Assembly: GCF_001194135.2 (NCBI RefSeq)
Contig: NC_068982.1
Span: 149,771,620-149,835,619, forward strand
Source: Octopus bimaculoides
Lineage: Eukaryota
Direction: 5' to 3'
Length of the DNA: 64,000 nucleotides
Shown: positions 1 through 11,948 of the stretch, one piece after another
Layout: each line of letters starts with the position of its first letter
Numbering within the stretch: the first letter of the stretch is position 1
Notes under the pieces: generated by a model
Told to the model about the DNA's origin: nothing
Database searches by the model: none
What the model saw: the letters and a program-made list of their open reading frames with translations, nothing else
Program-made: the position numbers and the translations under genes

Positions 1-81
<81 letters not shown>
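1..81. repeat. (TA)n(CA)n compound microsatellite
   Basis: Read directly from the sequence. Confidence 0.98.
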
Positions 82-83
<2 letters not shown>

Positions 84-224
84 TTGCTTGTGTGTGTTGC
101 TATGTAGCTTCTTTACAAGAACTTGCTCAAAAACACATGCGCCACTTCTCATACTGTTACTCTATGTCTCTTTGTGTAAATCTGCCCCACCCCCTCATTT
201 TTGTAATCTTGTAAGCTGCATAGC

Positions 225-420
225 AGCTTCTAGTGCCAGTGCCACAGAAAAAGAGCACCCAATGCACATAATAAAGTAGTTGATGTTAGGAAGGGCATCC
301 ATTGTAGAAGCCATGCCAAAGCAGACACTGGAGCATGATGTAGTCATTGGACCCATTGAATCCTGTCAAAACATTCAACCAATGCCAGCATGGGACACGA
401 AGGTAAAACAATGACAAGGA
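225..420 (+). mobile_element. Old RTE-tail/SINE 3' remnant
   Basis: aaagagcaccc..gttaggaagggcatcc..gtagaa..atgccagcatggga is homologous to the young element's 3' end. Confidence 0.7.
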
Positions 421-871
421 TGACTTGCTTTTGTCTGCCAAAGCAATAATAAATCATTCTGTGCTGGTTAAACAGCAAGATATCAAAACATATTCATTCC
501 TAATACATTCTGGCAGATGTGAAAATGAAAAATGAATATTTTAATTACTGATATATAGCAGATAGTGACTATCCTAATGATGGTTACTTCTTTTGACAAT
601 TCAACAATCCAGTAATGTTACATGGAAAGGTTAATGTCTCTAAAGATTTGACCATTCATTTTGAGTAAGTGATTATGTAACATACATTATGTATCTTAAT
701 CATTTTATGTTAATGAAATGTATGTAAAGTAGTTAGAAACAATCTCTCATGTTTTGTATTATTTTTCTGTATTTATGTGTATATGTATTGCAGTCCTTGG
801 GTCCATTGGATCCTGCCAAACCATCCAGACCCTGCCAGCATGAAATATGGATGCTAAATGATGATGATAAT

Positions 872-919
<48 letters not shown>

Positions 920-929
920 NNNNNNNNNN

Positions 930-967
<38 letters not shown>

Positions 968-1908
968 GTGTATGTATATATATAGGCACAGGATGTGATT
1001 TATCGAGAGGGGGGGAAATGACATCATCACTGCTTGTAGCTCACTGATTTTCAGAGAAGCACACATATAAAAATACACATACACACCACATAACAAGTCT
1101 CTTTCATTTTTCCATTTACCAGATCACAAGGTCTTTGTTGACCCAGGGCAACAGAAAACACTTGCCTTAGGTGCAGTGCAATAGGACCAAACCCCAAATC
1201 ATGTTATTGTAAGTAAATGTATTATCTCTGAACAAATTGAATGAATGTGTGTGTGCACGCACATATGTTATGTTTGTTTGTACCTAATTTTCCATACTGG
1301 CATGGGTGGAATAGATTTTGGTTAGAATCTTCAAAACATGAATTTGTAGCAATTTAATCAATTGCTCCAACAGGCTCATTGGATTAGTAAATGGCTGAGC
1401 ATTCCACAGACATATCTTGTAGTTCTCAGGTAGAATTAGTGTGAGACATTGTGGAACATCTGGACTTTTGAATTAGAGCTACAATCCATATACCAGGCTT
1501 CTTCACAATTTGCCTTTATTCAGTTTCACTTAGAAAGCATGGCTTGACCTCAGGCACTTGTGAAAGACATTTGTTTAAGATGCCACACAAAGATTTTGAA
1601 CCTGGGGCCTCAAGATTGCAAAATGAGCTTCTTAACTATCCAGCCATATTCAGCTACTCATATGCTTGCATGCATATACATGTAATACAATGTAATATTG
1701 TGTGTGTGCACTTATTTTTATTAATATTTAGCTGAGTTAACAAGCACAATTAATGGTCCAAGAGTTTCATGCGTTCACACTTATCAAAGTTTGCTAGATG
1801 CGAATGCACAAAACTTTCAGAGTTTGAGTCACTCTGTTGTGCTAAATATTAAAAATATACAAACACTCATATTTTGAGGTCTATTTTTCCTGTTTGCATC
1901 ACCATACC

Positions 1909-1979
<71 letters not shown>
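1909..1979. repeat. (TA)n(GA)n compound microsatellite abutting the RTE 5' end
   Basis: Read directly from the sequence. Confidence 0.97.
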
Positions 1980-1982
<3 letters not shown>

Positions 1983-2920
1983 GTCGATAGCTTCCGCTAT
2001 CTGGGCGACCAAGTTAGTAGTGGGGGTGGGTGCGCTGAAAGTGTAGCTGCTAGAATAAGAATAGCCTGGGCAAAGTTTAGAGAGCTCTTACCCCTGCTGG
2101 CGACAAAGGGACTCTCACTCAGAGTAAAAGGCAGACTGNNNNNNNNNNNNNNNNNNNNNNNNNNNNNNNNNNNNNNNNNNNNNNNNNNNNNNNNNNNNNN
2201 NNNNNNNNNNNNNNNNNNNNNNNNNNNNNNNNNNNNNNNNNNNNNNNNNNNNNNNNNNNNNNNNNNNNNNNNNNNNNNNNNNNNNNNNNNNNNNNNNNNN
2301 NNNNNNNNNNNNNNNNNNNNNNNNNNNNNNNNNNNNNNNNNNNNNNNNNNNNNNNNNNNNNNNNNNNNNNNNNNNNNNNNNNNNNNNNNNNNNNNNNNNN
2401 NNNNNNNNNNNNNNNNNNNNNNNNNNNNNNNNNNNNNNNNNNNNNNNNNNNNNNNNNNNNNNNNNNNNNNNNNNNNNNNNNNNNNNNNNNNNNNNNNNNN
2501 NNNNNNNNNNNNNNNNNNNNNNNNNNNNNNNNNNNNNNNNNNNNNNNNNNNNNNNNNNNNNNNNNNNNNNNNNNNNNNNNNNNNNNNNNNNNNNNNNNNN
2601 NNNNNNNNNNNNNNNNNNNNNNNNNNNNNNNNNNNNNNNNNNNNNNNNNNNNNNNNNNNNNNNNNNNNNNNNNNNNNNNNNNNNNNNNNNNNNNNNNNNN
2701 NNNNNNNNNNNNNTCGAGCGTGGTCGTTTTCGTGCGGGTGACACGTAAAAGCACCCACTACACTCTCTGAGTGGTTGGCGTTAGGAAGGGCATCCAGCTG
2801 TAGAAACTTTGCCAAATTAGATTGGAGCCTGGTGTTGCCATCCGGTTTCACCAGTCCTCAGTCAAATCGCCCAACCCATGCTAGCATGGAAAGCGGACGT
2901 TAAACGATGATGATGATGAT
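1980..2920 (+). mobile_element. Young 5'-truncated RTE-clade LINE spanning an N gap (2139-2713)
   Basis: 1980-2138 translates as VVDSFRYLGDQVSSGGGCAESVAARIRIAWAKFRELLPLLATKGLSLRVKGRL (post-RT region). 2714-2920 is the same 3' end as the copy at 10747-10959, with a (GAT)n tail. Confidence 0.9.
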
Positions 2921-3140
2921 ATATATATATATATATAGTAAAAATGGCTGATCGTTAGTAAGGAGGGACACACAAATAAGAAAGAAGAAAGGAAAGGACC
3001 ACTGATGAGGTCATGGAAGTGTGACAAAAGAACTGTGGCCAAAATATGATTAATGTAGTATAAAGCTGAAGCAAATTAACACCAAATATATAGTGCGTAT
3101 GTTTTTATTGACTAAACTGGCAACATGACCATCCCCAAAT

Positions 3141-3178
<38 letters not shown>

Positions 3179-4364
3179 CAAAAACACAATAACAAAAAAA
3201 CAAAAAAATAACAAAGTGAGGACGTGATATGGATAGTATTATTGGATGCTCAGGAAAGGAAAGAGAGATTATACATACATACATTCATACATATGCACAC
3301 ATGTAAGTGCATGTATGTATAGATCACTGAGTGAGTGATATGTGCGAAGCTGAAAAAATATATTTCAAAACAACTTCCTTAATCTGTCTTCTCAAGAAAT
3401 TTGCTTGATAGTATAGGAAACTGTTCCTATTGATAGAGTTTAAAGTGCAAGAGACAGAGAAGTATAGACTGGAAGCAGGGAGTTGGTGTGGTAATGGCTG
3501 CCTAATGTTTATAGGCTGTGCTGGGTTACTTACAGACTGAGACAGACTCACTTAGTGAATTGCATGGTGTTATTTAATTATTGGTTTATTTCTTGAAAAG
3601 GAAATACGAATAAAATGGTAAAATGAGTTAGTGAACAGCGTAAGAATTGAGAAATAGGAGGAGATAAATGATAATTAAGAAAGAAAAAAATGAGAAAGAA
3701 ATTAGACAGGCCTATGTAAAAGAACACAAAATAATAAACAGGGAAATAGTGTGAAGTACAAGCTGGAAGAAAGGAGAGATAGTAAAAATTCAAATAAAAG
3801 TAGTTGTTAAATGACATGATTAAATTATATAGGACAAGATATGTAACAGAAAATGCATGGTTTAATTTGTAGGCAAATGAAGTACACGAGTTTTAATGTT
3901 CTTTCTTAATTAAAGGCTTCCTGCATTGTGTTTATCTTTATACTAGGCCTACCAAGGAGTTTATACTAAAACCCAACATATCTGCTGATTCTTTCAGTCA
4001 TCTTATTTTTCAGTGTTGTTCCTCGTCTATTATCTTGACCTTTTTTCCATAAGGGTTGGTGACTTCCCTTTTTCTTCAACAAAGGATCAGCTCTGCCCTG
4101 TTTTTGTTTTCTCAAGGATTGTGGCTTAATGATGTTCCGAAAACCTTTTGTGTATATGTAAGCTTCATTGTCATGTTTATAGAAGTCAAACATGGATGAC
4201 TTTTTTCCCCTCTTTTTTTTTTTGGTAAGCAGAGCATTTCTCTTCCAGATTAAATAGGTATACCAGCCTAGTAATTCTGGGGTTTCATGGAAGGCTATAG
4301 AGAAATGAGTACTTCTTGAGGACTCCATTATTTACTATAGGTTGTTATCCTCTTCACTTTTGAG

Positions 4365-4421
4365 CATCATCATCATCATCATCGTTTAAACGTCCGCTTT
4401 CCATGCTAGCATGGGTTGGAC
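4365..4421 (-). mobile_element. Minimal 3'-end copy of the young RTE family
   Basis: (CAT)n cgtttaaacgtccgctttccatgctagcatgggttggac is the reverse complement of the element's 3' end. Confidence 0.88.
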
Positions 4422-4473
4422 TTAAACATCAGTATTGTGTGCCAGTCCCCAATTATTAGGTCTTTCTCTCCCT

Positions 4474-4510
<37 letters not shown>

Positions 4511-4925
4511 CACTTACATAGCAAACTGAGTAAAGTAATGTGGAGTAGAACTGAATCCCTAACCATATGGTTGGGAAGCAAACTTCTCAACCGAATAGAT
4601 ATGCCTGTATTTATGAGTGTGCTTGCATGTGCATGCACACACATGAGCAAGGATGCATGGTCTAGCAGTTATCGTGCATCATGGTTTTGATTCCCAAACC
4701 AGCTAGTGTGTTGTATTCTTGAGAAAAACACTTCATCTCACTTTGCAGTCACTTCAATGTGTGGTTCATTGTGCACCTGTACAAATAAAATCTATTTGGT
4801 AGAGGTAGTGAGCTAATGTGCCACACAAAGATCTGATCATTTTAAAGAAATCATCTGTGTAGGTTTTTCTGCTAGAAATTGCAGAACCCTCCTCACTTGT
4901 CATCTATGACATGCAAGTCTGCAGT

Positions 4926-4963
<38 letters not shown>

Positions 4964-5689
4964 TATGAGTGGAGCTTTCATATCAACTGGTAACTAACTA
5001 GGCCAAAATAGGATAGGCAAACCTAGATACAGTGGCTAAAAAATAAATTTTTTCAGGGTCCAGTGTTACCATGTCATGGTTCTTAATGTTCTTTTGTCCT
5101 CAAAGGCATTCCTGTATCCATTGTCAAAGGTGATGACAGACTGGTGGCTGGCCTATTGTCAAACTTCACAATTGGAGCCTATAACAGGCCACGATGGATA
5201 CTCGACAGGCATCATCAGACTTCTTCAAAACGTCCTCAGATTTTTTCTTAGGTGTCCCTTGTCATGTTGGCCAGTAGAAATTTTACATACAGTGCAATTT
5301 TGGGCCAGCAGTAATGTTCTTTTCTGAAAATGTATCCAGAATCAGTGCTTGTTCAATAATTTCAGTGTTGATAATAAGCTTAATCTAGTAGGTGTTGAAG
5401 ATAGCGAGGAGGCAGCAATAGTGGAATTGTTCAAGGAGTTGTTGCTGATGGCCATATGTAACCCACAACTTAGAGTCAGGAGGGTGGTTGCTCTTATAGA
5501 TGTTTCTGGTACTGTTTGTTGAATGCTGTGTTTGTTTTTACATCTGTTTTCTCTGTCTTTGTTGACCATGACATCAGACAAGCTGATGCCCTTCAAATAG
5601 TTGAAATGGTAAACTGTCTTAAATTCTGTCTTGCCAATGGTGATGCAAAAATGTGGGTAATCTTCCTGAGGTCCTGACTGAGAGAACTA

Positions 5690-5975
5690 CCTTTTTTCAA
5701 ACTCACTTGTAAATGTATAGTAGCCAAAATAGGAACAGTGCATGTAGGAACAAGATGTGAATCTTGAATGGTCAGTATATGTGAAGACCAGAAAGAAATG
5801 AAGGGACACACTGTACATGTGTAATGTTAGTGTACATGAGCACAAAAGAGAACTAAATATAAAGGAATCAGGTGAAATAATGAAAGGAGATAGATTACAT
5901 TTGTATGGGTGTGTGATATGTATGGATGAGGACAGTGGTAGAAAAAAGTGCTTTGTGCTTGAAACAAGTGGTGAC
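5690..5975 (+). mobile_element. Old degenerate RTE LINE remnant
   Basis: Nucleotide similarity to 10200-10370 (tgtgtaatgt.a.tgt..; atggatgaggacag..aaaaagtgc). Confidence 0.55.
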
Positions 5976-7825
5976 AACTGATCAGAGGTTGTTGCTTCTC
6001 ATTGAAGAGATAACAAAGGATCGTGTCAGTTTGTAACAATACAGAAGACCTACCCATTTGTGCAGGCATGGCAAAACAAACCTTAAAATTCATAGCAAGA
6101 AGTTCTGTGCAGCACACACACTCACATACATACAATATATGTATGTAGTTGTATGTGTGTGTATATTTCTCTCATTCTCTCTCTCTCTCCCTCTCTGAGT
6201 TGACTGTTGAGCTGTTCGTCAACAACCCACTCAGAGTAAAACTGAATAGACTGTCAACTTTTGATATAAATCTATATATCCATTCTATCCAGCATATTGA
6301 GGTCTATATCAGGTAATGTGTGCACTATGTAAAATATATATGTAGTAAGACACCTATCTCTAGCCCTCTATTATAATACTTTAAACCTCTCAGCTGGTAC
6401 AAAACCACCTCCCTCAACATCACTCCCTCTGCCAGGGAAGAGGTCTTTGTCTTGCAAGTTACTTGGTGACAATGTTGGTGCCCTATAAAAAGCTCAATAT
6501 ATTCTGTATAGGGGTTAGCTTTAGGATGGGCATGTAGCTGTAGAGACCATGCCAAAGCAGACAATAGAGCTTGGTGCAGCTCTCTTACTTGCCAGCTCCT
6601 GTCAAACTGTCTAACCCATGTCAGCAGTAACTACAAAGAACTGACTCAAACTGTGTTAACCTGTTAAACCTATACCAGAATGGGAAGTTGGTATGAAACA
6701 ATGATATGTGTGTATGCATATATATAATGTAAGAATTGTAAAGCATATAAAAAGTGTATAATATTATCTAATATAGAACTCAACATGTTGGGTACAGTTG
6801 AAAGGTATGTTTAATATATCAAAAAATAAATTTACCTGAGCTTTGCCTGTTAACAGATTGTGACTATATGTGTATGTATACATATACAAACGCACTTGTG
6901 GTTTTTTATTTTAGCATTGTGTGTGTGTACATAATGTCTAGATGAATGAGTATATATAATTGTATATGTCTACAATTATAATGTAGTACAAAAAAATATT
7001 TAGATTTCCACCAATACTGCATGTATAAATTAAACTCAAATACATTAGACAACTAAATTACTGTTTTTATAATCTCACTGTTTACAGAAAAAAAGAAGGC
7101 TCTATTGAATCAGTTTTAGCTGTTATTGAGATTTATCAGCAATTCACTGTACATATAAGGTTTTATTAAATCAAATACACTAATTGGCATACATATATTT
7201 TTTGGCAGCTAGTTTAATTAATTACCACTATGTTAGCAGTGTTTATTTTTGATGTTCTTGTGTTCTACAGAATAAGCCTTAACCAACTTTCAATGCTACC
7301 TTTTATCCATTTAAAATTTTTGTATGTTGTCAAACATTGATTTTTCTCTTTGTTTTAACTCATGTAACTCAAATAACTGAAATTATCACCAAGTCCTGAT
7401 CTGCACACAACCCTGTTGTTGTTTGAGGTGGGCACAAAGGAGGAACTAAATACTCTTGTGCAAGAAACAAAGTTTAGCCTCAATTTAGAAAGGACCTCTT
7501 GTTAAAAGACATTCTATTTACACCATATGTGTTATTGTCCATTGTTTATTCACTTCAATTTTCAAGTGTCATGTCAGGTAATACTTCAAACAGTGAGTTG
7601 AAATTCAATGATATTATTAATGATTTAATTAGAGAAAGTGAGCTTTGATATGGAGAAAATAATCAAACTGATATTTCAGTCTCATATTTACTCTCTATTG
7701 ATGTCTGTGATCCAGACGGCAATTTGTAACTGGATTTGTCAAGCAGTGATGACAAAGTTGTGCATGAATGCTTTTCTTAGTGATGTGGGCCCTAAAAAAT
7801 CTTTTGAACTTACAAGCAAAACCTG

Positions 7826-8040
7826 TTGAGTATTTTCAACTTTTTCCTGAGTAACATTTGGGAGGATCAGCAATAAGACCTCAAGGTATGTGCATCAACA
7901 GGGTAACACCACCTTCGTTACATCAATGGATGAAATGAAGACATATCTAGGAATACTTTTTCTGATGAGATTTGGGCAACTTCCAAGTTACAGAGATTAC
8001 TTGTGCACAAATTCAACTCTGAGGCAAGAAATCAATGCCC
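7826..8040 (+). mobile_element. piggyBac-like transposase fragment (pseudogenised)
   Basis: VEYFQLFPE..HQQGNTTFVTSMDEMKTYLGILFLMRFGQLPSYRDY matches the PGBD motif F.T..EE...FLG..LLMG...LP..RDYW. An AGGG-TTAA right-end candidate lies at 8273-8280. Confidence 0.75.
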
Positions 8041-9480
8041 AGGAAACAATATCTAGTAAATATAATATCTAGCAAACATCTACCTATAATTAACTTACCT
8101 GCATTCATCCTACCTGGGTAGGTAAGACTGAGACTAACAATGACAGCAGGGGATAAAAAATCATTCTCAGTGTAACCCAACATTTATTACATCCTGTCAC
8201 CAAGTTTCATCAAACCCTCTAGTTTCTAAGAGGCTTGGGACGTTTACATAGAGAGAGCTCTACATGAATTGAAGGGTTAAAACAGTATTTAGAAGGGGAA
8301 TAGAAGAGTGCACATAGCTAAAATAATTTGTAACTCAGGACATCCATTTAGTTTTGCCAACCAACTGTAGACATTGACAGATGGTTTCTCTATGAACATC
8401 TTAACATCTAGTTGGATACTATTTCCAGTTTGAGAACTTGTTTTTTTAATATAAACAAAGAAAATAGGACATTGAATAATGGAGTATGCAAAAAAAGTAT
8501 CATATAAAGCTTTTACATCATTGAAGCTATTGTTATTATGTTAAGTAAAAGATTTTCAAAGGTGTCTTGAAACTACTTGAAAAAGTAGACAATTTGTCAT
8601 TGGGAAGTGTATTTATTGTCAAACATTGACTTTTATTTTATAACAATATGCTTTTCTACTTCTTTTAAAACAATGTTTTGCTTGTATCACTAAGTTTTAA
8701 AATTTGTTGTTTTAAACCAAGTACTGTTTTCTTCAACAACCATAGCAATGTCAAATGATTTTATTTTGTTTTAGTTAAGTTACATAAAAATATTTCTCGG
8801 CGACACATTCAATTTAAGAACAGAAGGTAGTTACCATACCACAATTACATTTAATATATTTCCAGCTGAAAAACTCACTCTTGCTCCCTTTGCAATGTGT
8901 GTGTGTATGTGATTGTTGAAATGTATATGTTCATATTTTTCTTAAATATCTAAAAAAAAAAAAAATGCTTAAATAACAAGACCTTAGATAACAACAATTA
9001 ATAAATCAGTTCATAAAATTGGAAATACTATCTAGAGGAAAATGATAGACTATTTGTTATCATATAGTAAGTAAACTTATTGCAGTTACTATGTAGAATG
9101 TGAAGTGTTACAATTTTAATAACCTTATTGTTGACCTGTGATCTGCTGAACATTGAAAAATACTATGCATGAGCAACTGTCTGTGCACAGTTGACAAGAT
9201 ATGCTAAAGACAACTGTACACTAGTCTTAAAACATCAAATCTTGAAAGTGCATTAACTGATATCATAAAGGGGCATTAATCATGCTTTTCATGAGAGAGC
9301 TAAAAGCAATCCCATAAGTTTGAAATCTCAAATTATATTAGTCTTATTTTCTTTAAGATAGGCTGCATATTTACACATCAAGAAGTTTGTGTGTTGTGTA
9401 TTATGTATGCATGTTTTTATTTGATGAATATGGCATATGATGATGATTGTGATCTAAATTACACTTTTACTTTTTTACAG

Positions 9481-9555
9481 CTGAATATCCAAAGATCTTT
9501 TTCATCTTGCCTTAAGTATCAACCACATTGCAACTATCATTGTATACATCCTCAG
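9481..9555 (+). other. Candidate 5' UTR exon of GW182 (75 nt)
   Basis: Strong acceptor (cttttacttttttacag) and donor (cag|gtaaga), no ATG. Splicing it to 19879 in its only open frame gives a stop, so it is probably non-coding. Confidence 0.45.
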
Positions 9556-9972
9556 GTAAGAACACGTTTGCCCATTTTTACTTTTGGATTAAGCAACTTT
9601 TCTTTTACTAACTCTTTTAATTTCACACTATTTGAATTTTATGTACAGTTTTTGAGAGATATAAATTAACTGTGCATGCTGCAGTGCCTCAATAGGGTTG
9701 CAAGCCAATAACTGAAACAGATAAAGAGCAGTAGTTTTCTTCTTCTTCTTTTTTTTTTTCGTGTATGAGATTTTTTTTCTATCAAATATTTGAATTAAAT
9801 GTTTTTAGCTCTTATTTACAATCAATTTTAATTTATAAGGGCTTTTGATATGGATCACCAAATTAACATAGATACTCAGAAATGAAACATGATTCAGTCA
9901 TCAAATGTTTTCTGTTTACTAATGTTTTTTCCCTGTTACAAGCACACATGTATACATATCCTTCTAACTGTT

Positions 9973-10003
<31 letters not shown>

Positions 10004-10092
10004 CTATATATATTTATATATATATATGTATGTGTCTATATATATTTATATATATATGTGTCTATATATATTTATATATATATGTATGTGTC

Positions 10093-10959
10093 TGACGCAT
10101 GCGTACGAACAACCATGCTACATGGCAGTGAAACATGGGCTGTAACTGCTGAGGACATACGTAAGCTCGCAAGGAATGAAGCCAGTATGCTCCGTTGGAT
10201 GTGTAATGTCAATGTGAATACCCGTCAGAGTGTAAGTATCTTGAGAGAAAAGCTGAACATTAGAAGCATCAGTTGTGGCGTGCAAGAGAGACGATTGCGC
10301 TGGTATGGACATGTGGTGAGAATGGAGGAGGATAGCTGCGTGAAAAAGTGCCACACCCTAACAGTTGAGGGAACCCGTGGAAGAGGTAGGCCCAGGAAGA
10401 CCTGGGCTGAGGTGGTGAGGCAAGACCTTCGTACATTNNNNNNNNNNNNNNNNNNNNNNNNNNNNNNNNNNNNNNNNNNNNNNNNNNNNNNNNNNNNNNN
10501 NNNNNNNNNNNNNNNNNNNNNNNNNNNNNNNNNNNNNNNNNNNNNNNNNNNNNNNNNNNNNNNNNNNNNNNNNNNNNNNNNNNNNNNNNNNNNNNNNNNN
10601 NNNNNNNNNNNNNNNNNNNNNNNNNNNNNNNNNNNNNNNNNNNNNNNNNNNNNNNNNNNNNNNNNNNNNNNNNNNNNNNNNNNNNNNNNNNNNNNNNNNN
10701 NNNNNNNNNGACTGGCTTGTGCGGGTGGCACATAAAAGACACCATTTCGAGCGTGGCCGTTTTCGTGCGGGTGACACGTAAAAGCACCCACTACACTCTC
10801 TGAGTGGTTGGCGTTAGGAAGGGCATCCAGCTGTAGAAACTCTGCCAAATCAGACTGGAGCCTGGTGTTGCCATCCGGTTTCACCAGTCCTCAGTCAAAT
10901 CGTCCAACCCATGCTAGCATGGAAAGCGGACGTTAAACGATGATGATGATGATGATGAT
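10093..10959 (+). mobile_element. Young 5'-truncated RTE-clade LINE (ORF C-terminus, 3' UTR and (GAT)n tail), with an internal N gap
   Basis: DACVRTTMLHGSETW..RRLRWYGHVVRM..GTRGRGRPRKTW..VRQDL is the characteristic RTE C-terminal region; terminal hairpin and microsatellite tail are present. Confidence 0.92.
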
Positions 10960-11111
10960 ATATATGTATGTGTCTATATATATTTATATATATATGTATG
11001 TGTCTATATATCTTTATATATATATGTGTCTATATATATTTATATATATATGTATGTGTCTATATATATTCATATATATGTATGTGCGCACACACATACA
11101 CGCACCCACCA

Positions 11112-11485
11112 AGTGTGTGACTGAGAGGTTTGTTTCTTAACAATGTGGTTTCAAGTTCAGTTCCACTGCACTACATATTGGTCTTGTGGGTGCAGTTGGT
11201 AAATAGAAACTGGAAAGTGTGTGTGTAGTGTGGTGCATGTGTTTTTTATTTGTGTGTCCCCTTGTCTTGATTTACATGTGGTTGTAAATGAGCATTACTG
11301 TCGTACAAGTGATGTTATTCATTTCCAGATTTCTTTGAAAAACATGTTTGGACATTGGGATATTTTACCTTGCTTGGAAACAAGTGAGAGTTGGTGACAG
11401 AAAAGGTATCCAGCCATAGAAAATCTGTCTCAAGAAATTCCATCTGATCCATGCAAGCATGGAAAAGTAGTTAATACAATGATGA
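11112..11485 (+). mobile_element. tRNA-like-headed SINE with an RTE-derived tail
   Basis: Head with a box-B-like caagttcagttcc; central body also seen at 14820-15060; tail ..aaaaggtatccagccatagaaa..ccatgcaagcatggaaa..atgatgat. Confidence 0.7.
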
Positions 11486-11529
11486 TATGTGTGTATGTAC
11501 ATATAGGTATGTGTAATCTATACCTATGC

Positions 11530-11575
<46 letters not shown>

Positions 11576-11948
11576 ACACACAGACACTCACCCTATGCAT
11601 CCTGGCTCTCCCTCTATTCTCACTTTATATTTCAGGTTACCTTGCCTCTGTTATCACTCTATCCACTTGCTCTATCCTCATTATTTGTTTCAAATACTGA
11701 GCACTCTTCTGACTTATCCCTCTCATTCATATCTTTGTCTTTCTTATCCTTTGTGCCTCTCTCTGTAAATCGGTTTGTGAGTGAGCAGGCATGGGCTACA
11801 GATGTAGCTTTCTTGTAGACTTGATTACTTCTGTATTGCTGGAGACACAAAAAATTCACCCAGTACACTCTGTAAAGTGGTTGGCATTTGTGTATATTAA
11901 TGTATATATATATGTGTGTGTGTGTGTGTTTGTGTGTAATAGATACAT

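Noticed and set aside
749-1096. YIYI/HTHT/CVCV-type ORFs here and at 9882-10095, 10940, 56540, 58345-58731 and 61394-61755
   Set aside because: Translations of (TA)n, (CA)n and (TG)n microsatellites or of N gaps.
1997-2851. Long minus-strand ORFs spanning N gaps (also 10225-10884)
   Set aside because: Their length comes from X residues; the real sequence is the antisense of the RTE 3' UTR.
2940-3270. Microsatellite-flanked segment with partial similarity to 60043-60105, possibly a Penelope-like or LTR end
   Set aside because: The similarity is short and A-rich, so I cannot classify it from sequence alone.
3966-4328. 120-aa minus-strand ORF
   Set aside because: No recognisable motif or convincing splice context, and partly driven by poly-T tracts.
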